Source: Candidatus Bathyarchaeota archaeon
Lineage (GTDB): Archaea > Thermoproteota > Bathyarchaeia > Bathyarchaeales > Bathycorpusculaceae
DNA length: 64,000 nt
Direction: 5' to 3'
NCBI GenBank assembly: GCA_963772455.1
Contig: CAVYXJ010000007.1
Coordinates: forward strand, 352,001-416,000
Shown here piece by piece: positions 40,454-49,945 of this stretch. The position numbers and the translations under genes were made by a program. The first letter of the stretch is position 1. Every line of letters starts with the position of its first letter. The notes beneath the pieces are model-generated. The model saw only the letters and a list, made by a program, of their open reading frames with translations, ran no database searches and was not told the DNA's origin.

Positions 40454-41437
40454 CTAAGTAATTTGTTTGTAGATTGGATGGTCTCCGAACTTCAAGTTGG
40501 TTGTTGAATATTCTAGGGTGCCGCTGGGTAGTCTTGTGCAAATTGATTGGACTACGGCGCCTCCTGCTGTGAACCTTACGCCATCAAGCATTTCGCCTTT
40601 CGTTACGCCCGAAGCAGCAAAAATCATTTCGTTACCCTTTGCTAACTCATCTTCAGTGTAGGTTTTGTTGATGTCAACGCCAGCTTCTTTTAATCGATCC
40701 ATTCGTTTGGCATCGTCTTTTTTATCCTTCCAAACTTTTACGAGCATCGTTCCGCCCAAGCATTTCACTGCTACAGCAGCTATTGTTGCTTCTGCCCCTG
40801 CTCCTGCACCGACAAGTAAGTCAACGCCTGATTCGGGTAGACATGTGACAATGGAGCCGCCTATGTCGCCGTCAGCTATTAGAATTATTCTTACACCCAT
40901 TTTTCTTAGTTTTGCAAGTAATTCATTATGTCTATCGCGTTCAAGCATAATCACGGTAAAGTTTGCTAAAGGGCGATTCTTCAATTTGGCAATGGTCTTA
41001 ACGATTTCTTCGATTGACATATCAAGGTTGATTTTTCCTTTTGCCAAGCCGTTAGTTGCAACTTTAAAGTAATAGCCATCGTCTGGTAAAACTTTCAAAC
41101 AACCTGCAGGAGCACAGCACAAAGCTGATATTGCGTCTTTCTTTCCTTTTGAAGTTGCAGTGGTACCATCAACTTGGTCTATAATAAATTCAACTTTGGG
41201 TCCATTGCCAGTGCCGACTTTTTCTTTGTAACTAAACGCTGGTGCATTGTCTTTTGGTCCTTCGCAGCAGATGACTTCGCCGTCGACTTCTGTTTGGTTC
41301 AACACTGCTCTGGAGAAATCCAAGGCGGTTTGATCAACTTTGTCTGGGTCACCTTTGCCAATGTGAAGAGCTGCGCCCACTGCTCCAGCAGTGGTGATTC
41401 TTGTTAAAGAAGGAGATAATGACCTTAGTGAAGTCAT
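40454..41437 (-). CDS. glpX: Fructose-1,6-bisphosphatase class II (GlpX family)
   Basis: DQVDGT, LERDRH, LIADGDI, GAGAGAEATIAA, FAASGVTKGEMLDGV. Confidence 0.85.
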   Translation of the reverse strand: MTSLRSLSPSLTRITTAGAVGAALHIGKGDPDKVDQTALDFSRAVLNQTEVDGEVICCEGPKDNAPAFSYKEKVGTGNGPKVEFIIDQVDGTTATSKGKKDAISALCCAPAGCLKVLPDDGYYFKVATNGLAKGKINLDMSIEEIVKTIAKLKNRPLANFTVIMLERDRHNELLAKLRKMGVRIILIADGDIGGSIVTCLPESGVDLLVGAGAGAEATIAAVAVKCLGGTMLVKVWKDKKDDAKRMDRLKEAGVDINKTYTEDELAKGNEMIFAASGVTKGEMLDGVRFTAGGAVVQSICTRLPSGTLEYSTTNLKFGDHPIYKQIT

Positions 41438-42366
41438 TTTTTTATCTCCTTTTTACTTTTACATTCATTTAGCCATAGTTCAGTGAACTCTTGGTAATTC
41501 TGGGCTACTTTTTCGACGGCGTCTTTTCTGTTGGTTTTGCCTGCTTTATGCTCTGCCAGAGGATCCCAGAAGATGGTTCGTCCAACTGCAAAACCTATGA
41601 TACCTGGAATTTTTGCGCCTACTTTAAGCCATTCTTGAACCTTCTCTTTGGATTCGCCTCTTCCCAATGTGATAACTCCAACTTTTCTGCCGCCACTTTG
41701 CGCCTGCTTAACTATGGCTTTGGCTGATTCTGGCTTATCTACGCCTTCGAGTTTCCAGATAGCTGGTTCCACACCTGCCCCTTGAATCTCTTTTATTGAG
41801 TCAACCATGAGTTTGGGGCGAAGATCTTGGTCATATTTCTCTTTTGATCCTCCAAGCTTTGCCAGTTGGGCTGCTGTCGATGGAACAATTAATTCAAAGA
41901 GGAACGCTCTCTTCTTTTGCGCTAAGTAATCGCTGAGTTTCTTTAGCCGCGCAAGCTGCCTTTTATTCATGACAGCGTCTCCTTCAGGGTTGTAGCGTAC
42001 GAGAACCTTCACATAACTGGGATCAAAGTCTTCGATATGTTTGGCAAAGTTGTCGCCGTAATCAAAGTCAAATTCATCTTGACCCGACTTCTCAACTGGC
42101 ATTGCAAAGGTTAAGCCTTCTTTTTTGGCTTCCCGAAGTACACTACTTCCAAACTCTTCGTCAACCAGCAGACCAGCAATTTCTTTGGGAACTCTCGTTT
42201 TGACAGACAGTTTGAAACCTTCAAAAATAATTTTTTTGTAGTCTTCAATCTGCTTTTTCTCTTCAGCTGTTGGTAGACGATTTTTTATTCCAAACATTTT
42301 TTCTAGGAAAGATGCTCTGTGGTCAAAGGCTAAGATTAAAAGTTCTTTTTGAGAGTAATCAATCAT
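41434..42366 (-). CDS. DUF2090 / LacD-like class I aldolase
   Basis: ILAFDHR, LVDEEFG, PVEKSG, VKVLVRYNP, WKLEG, LGRG, GFAVGRTIF; ATG 42366 with GGAGG SD. Confidence 0.82.
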   Translation of the reverse strand: MIDYSQKELLILAFDHRASFLEKMFGIKNRLPTAEEKKQIEDYKKIIFEGFKLSVKTRVPKEIAGLLVDEEFGSSVLREAKKEGLTFAMPVEKSGQDEFDFDYGDNFAKHIEDFDPSYVKVLVRYNPEGDAVMNKRQLARLKKLSDYLAQKKRAFLFELIVPSTAAQLAKLGGSKEKYDQDLRPKLMVDSIKEIQGAGVEPAIWKLEGVDKPESAKAIVKQAQSGGRKVGVITLGRGESKEKVQEWLKVGAKIPGIIGFAVGRTIFWDPLAEHKAGKTNRKDAVEKVAQNYQEFTELWLNECKSKKEIKK

Positions 42367-42608
42367 TTTTTTTACCTCCAATTGGTACTGATTTTTTCTT
42401 GGGTGGCAAAAAGTTTAGAAACAAGACGATGTGCGACTTGTGCGCCGCTATAATATCCATATTTAGAGATCGTGAAACTTTTCGCCACACGTAACCCCAC
42501 GTAAAGCGGTGATCTCAACGCATTTAAGTTTTTCATAAATCGAATTAGCAAAATAATGGAAAAAATGAAATAGACTTACAGCGATTATGTGCAACTGAGG
42601 AGTCAGCG

Positions 42609-43109
42609 TTGAGCGAAGTTAGAGTTGTCACATTAAAAATACCTGAAGAAACCTATCAGGAAATGGCATTGAGAATTCCTGAAGGAGACAGAAGCACATT
42701 TATCCGTGAGGCTATAGTCGAAAAGCTAGAGAAAACACCAAAAGCTGACAAACTCTTAGCCCTCCAAGAGCGAATGAGCAAAATCGAGCAAGAATTCGGT
42801 CAAATAAGAAAATATCTCGCTGATTTGGAAATTCTTACATTCCAACATGGAAAAATTAACCCCCATTCCTTCTGCATCGACGAATTAGATCACAAAATAA
42901 TGGAGTATTTGCTACATTACAAGTCGGCAACTACCCCTGAATTGGCAGACTACATTAAAACAAACCGCTGGCTGATACTTAACAGGCTTCGAAAAATCCA
43001 GAAAACCTCAAAAAAACAAGTTGGAAAATCAATAATTGAATATTTCGCAGGCGAAAAATCCGGCAAGAAGAAGGCTTGGTGGATTGACGATGAATTAATT
43101 CAGGAATAA
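42609..43109 (+). CDS. Ribbon-helix-helix plus winged-helix regulator
   Basis: VVTLKIPEE...RSTFIREAIVEKL (RHH), coiled coil, ATTPELAD...ILNRLRKI (wHTH). Confidence 0.8.
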   Translation: MSEVRVVTLKIPEETYQEMALRIPEGDRSTFIREAIVEKLEKTPKADKLLALQERMSKIEQEFGQIRKYLADLEILTFQHGKINPHSFCIDELDHKIMEYLLHYKSATTPELADYIKTNRWLILNRLRKIQKTSKKQVGKSIIEYFAGEKSGKKKAWWIDDELIQE

Positions 43110-43151
43110 GTTAGCTTTAAATCAGAAAGGCATGTTTGATTTTGCAGTCAT

Positions 43152-43230
43152 GGGCTCGTAGTCTAGCACGGATTAAGGCATCGGCCTCCGGAGCCGAGAA
43201 TCCTGGGTTCAAATCCCAGCGGGCCCGCCA
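43152..43230 (+). tRNA. tRNA-Arg(CCG), CCA encoded, no intron
   Basis: Acceptor GGGCTCG/CGGGCCC, anticodon arm TCGGC-CTCCGGA-GCCGA, T arm CTGGG-TTCAAAT-CCCAG, GCCA end. Confidence 0.96.
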
Positions 43231-43858
43231 CCCCTCGTGCGAATATGTACTTTCTCAGTTGAATCTAAAAGAGACTTGTAACTTTAGGCACAGCTTAAAC
43301 CCAACATAAAACTTCAAAAACAGTATTCTTATATCTGCAAGGCACGACAATTAGCACGAATAGATATGAATATCAAAGTGGTGGTCGGTCTCGACCTATT
43401 GCTACCGCGGGTCTATTTCTACTCATTATTGGCTTATTGCTTGCTGTTTTTTATGCCGTTATGTGCTCCGTTATGACAATTCTGCACATCAACTAAGTGA
43501 TTTTGTGTTTGTTGCTTTGGGAATATCGGTTCAATTAGTTGGCTTAGGTCTTATAGTCTGGAAGAAATGAGTTATTGACGGGTAATTGCTAAAGTAAGTA
43601 GCCTCTTTGAAAACCTAAACGGGGTAGGAATCGTACTTCAACTCAAAAGCCCATCCCCAGTACAAAAACTGATATGAATGGGTATGGTTCGGTTCTCCAA
43701 ACAGACTTGAACATTAAAAGTCGGATTGTTAGGTTTAGGAGAGAGTTAGTTTTTGGTTCGAGTTCCACCAGGGTTGCGCTCTTCGATATTATAAGTGCAT
43801 TCTCAACTTTTCCATGTCAATTTCCATGGATTTTTAGTTCAGCTATGCACCCATTAGG

Positions 43859-45853
43859 TTATTCAAATTGCATGCGACCAAAAAAGGATTTAACGGATGC
43901 ACTGATAGTCATTTTTTGACGATTGGATGAGCTTACCCTTTTTCTACTTTTGCCAAGTCCAACAATGACTAAGACTACTCCTATAACCAAAACTGCCCCG
44001 ATAAAAACCAACTCTAAAATTCCGAAAAATGGCGTCAACGGTAAACCGAACACTTCACCATACGAAGGATAAGATACCTGGCGAAGGGCATCCATCACTC
44101 GCCCTGAATCAGCCCAAACCCTCACGGTCACGGCAGTTGTGTAGTCAGGATAGGTTTTGTCAAGAGGAACCTGCACAACCCAGCAGGGAAAAAGCGTTTG
44201 GGGGTCCCTCAGAACTGTCGCTAAACTTGCTGTGGAGCCATCGCCAATTCCTAAGCCGCTTACAACCGCAGATGCTGTCGGGTTCAGGGGCGCCATATAA
44301 CTGTAACCTTTAACATAATTTTCCGCGATTTTGATTGCCTGCGCCTCTGAAATACTTATTGAAGTATCTCCAATTTGGTAGAGAGCTCGGGTATCTGAAA
44401 AGAAGATTTCATGTATGTTTTCTCTTCCTTCTTCAAAAAGCAATTCAACTCCCTTATAGTCAGCGCCATTAAAGTAATGGTACCAGCCATATGACTGCTG
44501 GCTATAGGAATTGAAGAAATGCTGCCGTGTTCCATTTCTTCCAACAAACAGCAGGTTACTTGAAATCACGATTGAACTGTCTGCGGTGCCAACATTAAGT
44601 GACATTTGCTCTACTTCTGGGTCGCCAGTCCAAAAGTAGTAATTATGAATTATGCTTTGTGTCTTTTCCGAGTAGTTGCTCAAGCTGCTGTTGGCAAGTA
44701 AAATCTTTCCATAGCAGAACAAATCGCAGTAAACGATGTTACCATCGACGACTGTAACACTTGCTTCAACAGACCTGTGCCCATAACTTTGAAGCTCATA
44801 CTCTAGGTATTCTGTTGGTTGGTAGGCTAAAGGTGTTGACATCTTGTCGGGGGCAATAGAGGTTTGATAGTCAAATGAGGAAAGCACTGGCGTATACATG
44901 TTCATGTCAAGCCCCAATACGTCCTTAAAGAAAGATACTGCCTTTGCTTGACTGCTTAAGTTTGGTGCCTCAGCAGCCTGCTTTGTCAGGTAGTATGGCA
45001 CAGTTGGAATTGGCTTGTCAATGTTGACCTGTGAGGTAAGTGGGTAACGGTCAATGAAACTAAAATCTGGAGCGATAGCATCAAAGTTTGTAAATATTAT
45101 TTTTGGTGTCGCTCCAATGCCTGAGCTGTCTCTTGCCCCAGTGTAGTCGCTCCAGTAGTTACCGCTTACACTGTTGTCCCAAGGCAAAATTTGGCTCTGG
45201 TCAGGTCTTCCACGTGTGCTGATTGTTCCATCATCAAGCTCTACTGTGTTGTTAATGAAGTTGTTACCATAAATCATTTGGTTCCACGCTTGAGCGATAA
45301 GAACAACGGCGCGCTCAGAACAGTTTTCTATAGTGTTTTGAACAACTAGGTTAGCAGAATCATAGAAACAAACACCATGTTGGTTATCAACTATTTTGTT
45401 ACCTGCAATATAGTTTAATCCTCCAGGACCAATCAAAATTGCGCCAACATTGTTTTCGATGTCGTTTTCAATTATTAGGCAATATTGAGCATAGATTTTT
45501 ATGGCGTAATCACTGCATTGGTTAATAACACAGTTTTTCACCGTATTATTATCATAAACTCCCAAGATGCCACATTTCCAATTTACAAACCTGAAATCTT
45601 GAATAGTAACATTTTCGCATTCTAATTCTATTGCAACAGTCCTTCCATCGCCGACCATGGTATATCCTTTGCCGTCGAGGATTATGTTGCTTGATTTTAC
45701 ATCTAATGGGGTGCTAAGATCTGAGGTTAAGGTGTAGAGACTACCATTTCGGTTTATCGGTGCTAATATGGGGTTTATGCTTCCGTCTGGGTTAATGATT
45801 ATTGGTTGTGCGGTGGTTGGGGAAGCGATTGGGAGAGCGGCTATTGAAAACAA
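43859..45853 (-). CDS. Secreted beta-helix (NosD/CASH-like) surface protein with C-terminal TM
   Basis: IIINPDGSI, IILDGKGY, Asn-ladder repeats, YGNNFINN, GNYWSDYTG, DRYPL; PepSY-like ISEAQAIKIA; C-terminal TM. Confidence 0.82.
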   Translation of the reverse strand: MFSIAALPIASPTTAQPIIINPDGSINPILAPINRNGSLYTLTSDLSTPLDVKSSNIILDGKGYTMVGDGRTVAIELECENVTIQDFRFVNWKCGILGVYDNNTVKNCVINQCSDYAIKIYAQYCLIIENDIENNVGAILIGPGGLNYIAGNKIVDNQHGVCFYDSANLVVQNTIENCSERAVVLIAQAWNQMIYGNNFINNTVELDDGTISTRGRPDQSQILPWDNSVSGNYWSDYTGARDSSGIGATPKIIFTNFDAIAPDFSFIDRYPLTSQVNIDKPIPTVPYYLTKQAAEAPNLSSQAKAVSFFKDVLGLDMNMYTPVLSSFDYQTSIAPDKMSTPLAYQPTEYLEYELQSYGHRSVEASVTVVDGNIVYCDLFCYGKILLANSSLSNYSEKTQSIIHNYYFWTGDPEVEQMSLNVGTADSSIVISSNLLFVGRNGTRQHFFNSYSQQSYGWYHYFNGADYKGVELLFEEGRENIHEIFFSDTRALYQIGDTSISISEAQAIKIAENYVKGYSYMAPLNPTASAVVSGLGIGDGSTASLATVLRDPQTLFPCWVVQVPLDKTYPDYTTAVTVRVWADSGRVMDALRQVSYPSYGEVFGLPLTPFFGILELVFIGAVLVIGVVLVIVGLGKSRKRVSSSNRQKMTISASVKSFFGRMQFE

Positions 45854-46012
45854 GATCGTTAGAGTAAGTAAGATTGCCGAGGTTTTTCTTAAGTTACCGA
45901 GCCCCTGTTGTAAATGAAATATTTATAGATTTAAGATTTGGGGAAAGTATGCGATAACTTAGAAGGGGCATAATCGCCAGCGCAAACTAGAAAGCAGTTA
46001 CTTAATAACAAA

Positions 46013-46657
46013 TTATATAGTTCGACCAATTAGAAGAATTATAAAGATTGCACTTGCATGCAAGAGAAACACTAAAATTATGAATTTCTTGATTGACACA
46101 TTTTTTTTTGATGCCATCAACATTATACCCATTTCGGTTGGAAACGGAGAGGCGATTAGAATTCCAGCAAGGGTCGCAAGCAAATACCCTCTAATAGAAT
46201 CAGGTATCCATCTATTAACAGTTAAAACAATTTTTTCTTTTGAGAGTTTTTCTACTTCATCACTAAAGCCATGTTTGACGAAAAAGAAGAGGAAAATGTC
46301 ACTTATCAAAGCCCCAATTCCAGCTATTAGTCCTGCAAAGAGTAGGTTTTGTTCTTTTGCGAGAATGAGCAATATCCCTGTACCTGCAGCCGAAGTTAAT
46401 GCATAGGGGTATAGTAGACCTGAAAGAAAAGTTCCAAAATACCCCATGAATATAAGGGCATCATGCAATGGCTTGTATGCTAGACCAGAAAAAAGGAAGT
46501 ACACTAAGATTATGCTTATTATAAACAACGAAAGTTTAGGATACCTAATTATTCCGCGCACAAAACATTCATCGTTAAATACTATAATACTCGATAAGAA
46601 GACATACAATAAATAAGCTGCGTAACACTTAAAGATAAAAAACGTAGCGCTCAGCAA
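46013..46657 (-). CDS. Hypothetical multi-pass membrane protein (DedA/VTT-like)
   Basis: GYFGTFLSG, AGIGALISD, IASPFPTE; true start probably downstream of 46657. Confidence 0.7.
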   Translation of the reverse strand: MLSATFFIFKCYAAYLLYVFLSSIIVFNDECFVRGIIRYPKLSLFIISIILVYFLFSGLAYKPLHDALIFMGYFGTFLSGLLYPYALTSAAGTGILLILAKEQNLLFAGLIAGIGALISDIFLFFFVKHGFSDEVEKLSKEKIVLTVNRWIPDSIRGYLLATLAGILIASPFPTEMGIMLMASKKNVSIKKFIILVFLLHASAIFIILLIGRTI

Positions 46658-46709
46658 ACTTACTGTCTATCGTTTTTTAACTAGAAATGGGAAAATGAGG
46701 ATTCTCAAA

Positions 46710-46723
46710 GGGTTCAAATCCCA
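46710..46723 (+). repeat. att-like direct repeat of the tRNA-Arg T arm
   Basis: GGGTTCAAATCCCA identical to 43205-43218 (14/14). Confidence 0.65.
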
Positions 46724-46782
46724 ACCCCAACAGAATAATAAGGCTGTAGTGAGGTCAATGATTCCCTTAAATATTTAGGCGC

Positions 46783-46801
46783 ATCCCAGCGAACCCGCCA
46801 C
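46783..46801 (+). repeat. att-like direct repeat of the tRNA-Arg 3' end
   Basis: ATCCCAGCGAACCCGCCAC vs ATCCCAGCGGGCCCGCCAC at 43213-43231 (17/19). Confidence 0.7.
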
Positions 46802-46807
46802 AACTTG

Positions 46808-48286
46808 TTAAAACAAGTTTTTGAGGTATTTTAAGATGAGTTGGGGTTGGTTAAAGGCAGTTCGTAACGCCTTGCCTGGATTCTTGATATGACCTATCAG
46901 CGACAATTTTTTGTACTCAGCAAGCGCCTTAGCCGCAATTTCCTTGACATCTGAAGGTGTAAATTCGTTTGTTGTAATGAGAGGCATGCCTTTTGGTTGT
47001 CTTGCTTGGGCAAAAGAATTCCATGTAATATCTTGTTGAAGGTATCCTTTGATTTTGCAGTCTTCGTAAAGTTTAGTGCCAAAAGATGGAGTTGCCATAA
47101 AAAGGTGCATACCAACATCGTATTTACTTTTAAGCTCTAAAGCGAAATCGACTGTGCGTTGCATATTCGCAATGGTCTCACCGGGGAACCCAATAATATA
47201 GAAGGCCCCAGTTTTTAAGCCGATTTGTTTGGCATCTTTAGCGAATTGAACTACGCGATTTAGGTCAAGGCTTTTGCAGATTACGTTGTCGAGAATTTGT
47301 TGGTCGCCTGATTCTACGCCGACAAAAATGCTATTCGCGCCTGACATCTTCATCTTCTTAAGCAAATTCAGATTTAGACAGTCCGCACGGACACCATTTG
47401 GAGTTTCCCAACCTATCTTGATTTTTCGTTCGATTATTCCATCACAGATCGCTTCAAACCGTTTAATATCCAATGTTAAATTGTCATCTTCAAAGAAGAT
47501 GTTTTTAACCTTAAACTTGTCAACAACATATTGAATATGGTTTAAGACATATTCAGCTGAGTTTGCTCTGAAATTCTGTCCCATGTGCAAGTGAACTGAG
47601 CAAAAGCAACAATTAAACGGACAGCCTCGGCTTGTAATCATAGATATTGCTCGTTCTTGAAAGCTTCGATAACCAATCTTCTTTGGGTTAATGTATAACT
47701 CCATATCAACAAGGTCGTACGCTGGGTAGGGTAATTCATCTAGTTTCTGTATGAAAGGCCTTGTTGGATTAATGATGACCTCTCCGTTTTGGCGGTAAGC
47801 AATTCCAAGTATTTGACTGAATTGTCTTTTTCCTTCAAACGCCTCAGAAATTTCAAGCATTGCATATTCGCCCTCTCCGACTACCGCAATATCAACATTG
47901 GGCGCATCCTCTAGGAATTCTTTGGGCACCAACGTCACGTGTGGACCTCCCACGACAGTTAGGATTTTTTGGTTAACTTGTTTAGCGATGTTACTGATTT
48001 TTATCGCGTTATCTATTTGACATGTGAATGGTCCAGCGATGCCAACAATATCGGGTTTTTTCAGCTCAATTTCTTGTTTTATTTGGTCAAAAGGTAAGCC
48101 TACGTTTATGGTTTCGCCGTTCTCTTGGAATGCACATTCAGAAATGAACGCATCCAAAATTTCAACTATATAGCCTTCTTTTTTTAGCACTGCAGCTATG
48201 TACATTAAACCAATTGGCAGGTTTCCGGCGGGTTGCTCCGAGCCTGAGTAAAAAGTCTGTGGCGGATTAATAAGAAGTATTTTCAT
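46808..48286 (-). CDS. B12-binding domain radical SAM protein
   Basis: MKILLINPP, VGGPHVT, VGEGE, SRGCPFNCCFC, FEDDN, GVESG; likely start ATG 48286. Confidence 0.92.
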   Translation of the reverse strand: MKILLINPPQTFYSGSEQPAGNLPIGLMYIAAVLKKEGYIVEILDAFISECAFQENGETINVGLPFDQIKQEIELKKPDIVGIAGPFTCQIDNAIKISNIAKQVNQKILTVVGGPHVTLVPKEFLEDAPNVDIAVVGEGEYAMLEISEAFEGKRQFSQILGIAYRQNGEVIINPTRPFIQKLDELPYPAYDLVDMELYINPKKIGYRSFQERAISMITSRGCPFNCCFCSVHLHMGQNFRANSAEYVLNHIQYVVDKFKVKNIFFEDDNLTLDIKRFEAICDGIIERKIKIGWETPNGVRADCLNLNLLKKMKMSGANSIFVGVESGDQQILDNVICKSLDLNRVVQFAKDAKQIGLKTGAFYIIGFPGETIANMQRTVDFALELKSKYDVGMHLFMATPSFGTKLYEDCKIKGYLQQDITWNSFAQARQPKGMPLITTNEFTPSDVKEIAAKALAEYKKLSLIGHIKNPGKALRTAFNQPQLILKYLKNLF

Positions 48287-48523
48287 CGGTTTTTGAACCC
48301 AATGAGGATGTATTTGACATGCCGGTATATTTAAGTAACTTAGGAATTTAGATTGCGCCAACCACTCAATAGTTGGCAGCTGTTTTATGCCTATTTTCAG
48401 TGAAATATCAATTTTTTAAACGTAGTTGACATGTTACTGCTATGTAACTACAACATAAGTTTATGAATCGTCGCTCGGGTCTAGTCACGTTAACTTTTGG
48501 CAATATAGTAGGAGGTGAATTTT

Positions 48524-48841
48524 TTGGTTATTCGAACTGAAGAGCGAAAAGGGAAAATGACCGTCGCTGAAGCAGGCAGGAAAGGCGGAGAAAAAACTGC
48601 TTCAACTCATGGACGAGAATTTTACGAAGAAATAGGTCGCAAAGGAGGAGAAAAAGTTTCAATGGAGCGCGGTCCAGAATTCTACAGTGAAATCGGTAGC
48701 AAAGGTGGTTCTGAGAGAGCTAAACAACATGAAGGATCAGCAGAGGCTATAGGAAAAACAAGTCTTGAAGAAGCAGGTCATCGCGGCGGGCAAAGAGTTC
48801 GACGACTTATTCAGGCAGGAAAAAAGCATGAGAAAGAATAA
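48524..48841 (+). CDS. KGG-repeat / Em-LEA-like general stress protein (GsiB-like)
   Basis: AEAGRKGGE, EFYEEIGRKGGE, EFYSEIGSKGG, EEAGHRGG repeats; GGAGGTGA SD before TTG 48524. Confidence 0.85.
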   Translation: MVIRTEERKGKMTVAEAGRKGGEKTASTHGREFYEEIGRKGGEKVSMERGPEFYSEIGSKGGSERAKQHEGSAEAIGKTSLEEAGHRGGQRVRRLIQAGKKHEKE

Positions 48842-48968
48842 TCAACCTTTTCCCATGATAGTTCTGCGATTTGAGCTCATGTTTTTTCTCATTTCCTCAA
48901 GATTCAATTAGTTTTTTTTAATGTATAACAAACAAAATGTTGAAATAAGTTGGCTCTTAATTTTAATT

Positions 48969-49412
48969 ATGACAAAAGCACTTGTTCTTTATTATAGTCG
49001 AACTGGAAACACAGAAAAAATGGCAAATGCAATTGCTGAGGCAATAAAGAGCAGCGGCAAAGTTGAAGTAGAAATTAATTATCATGTAGATCCTCAAGAA
49101 CTAAGGTCATATGATGCAATCATTGTTGGGGCACCAACTTACAATCATGACATGCCCATGGACTTCAAGACTCTCTTTGTTGAAGTTGCTGTTGAAGGCA
49201 TTAGTTTGAAAAATAAGATAGGTGCAGTCTTTGGTTCCTATGGATGGAGCGGCGAAGCACCCAAACTTATTCTGGAAATAATGAAATTCAAGTTTGAAAT
49301 GAAAACTATCGAACCACCTTTGCTTGTCAAAAACACTCCTGATCAAAATGCACTCAACGAATGCAGGAACCTTGGAATAAAAGTTTCCGAAAGCTTGATG
49401 AATCGGACTTAA
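48969..49412 (+). CDS. Flavodoxin domain protein
   Basis: YYSRTGNTEKMA, GAPTY, FGSYGWSGEA; likely start ATG 48969. Confidence 0.92.
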   Translation: MTKALVLYYSRTGNTEKMANAIAEAIKSSGKVEVEINYHVDPQELRSYDAIIVGAPTYNHDMPMDFKTLFVEVAVEGISLKNKIGAVFGSYGWSGEAPKLILEIMKFKFEMKTIEPPLLVKNTPDQNALNECRNLGIKVSESLMNRT

Positions 49413-49437
49413 CAATAAAATTTAGGAGAAAAGTTTT

Positions 49438-49923
49438 ATGGAAAAAAAGAAGGACAATCTTCTTGATTTTTTGAAGAACCAAATTACTGTTGAAAACGAC
49501 ATAGTAGCTTCTCTTGAAAAAGCACTTATCGGAATGAAGAACCCAGCTGTCAAAGGAGTATTGAAAGGCGTATCGTTGGATTCGGTTAAGCATGCAGAAC
49601 TTTACACTGCAGCCATTACCTTGTTAACCAATGCATCGACGGCGTTAACTCAGGATAATCTTGACCAACAAACAGCTTTAGTCAAGAAACATATTGAGAT
49701 AGAAGCCAAATTAATACAGAAACTTCAAACCATGATACCCACTATTGAAAACGAGAAAGTTATCTTCCTCTTGAAAGCAATTTTGAATGATGAGGTTAGA
49801 CACCATGCTATGCTAAAGATGGTTCTTGAAATAATTGTTCATGGGGAAACTATAACAGAGGCTGATTGGTGGAAGATGCTCTGGGAAAACGTTCCATTCC
49901 ATGGCGCTCCTGGCGGCGGATAA
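49438..49923 (+). CDS. Ferritin-like (rubrerythrin-type) four-helix protein
   Basis: Two repeats E...DSVKH and HIEIE...DEVRHH; C-terminal FHGAPGG. Confidence 0.8.
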   Translation: MEKKKDNLLDFLKNQITVENDIVASLEKALIGMKNPAVKGVLKGVSLDSVKHAELYTAAITLLTNASTALTQDNLDQQTALVKKHIEIEAKLIQKLQTMIPTIENEKVIFLLKAILNDEVRHHAMLKMVLEIIVHGETITEADWWKMLWENVPFHGAPGGG

Positions 49924-49945
49924 AAACAAAAAATTTGGAGTTTTT

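Larger units (their letters stand above)
43231..46801. mobile_element. Decayed tRNA-Arg-integrated islet (no integrase left)
   Basis: Bounded by the tRNA 3' end and two partial direct copies of it at 46710-46723 and 46783-46801; contains accessory genes and gene debris. Confidence 0.55.

Noticed and set aside
43754-43773. GGTTCGAGTTCC resembling a tRNA T-loop
   Set aside because: No T stem or other tRNA arms, and it does not match tRNA-Arg.
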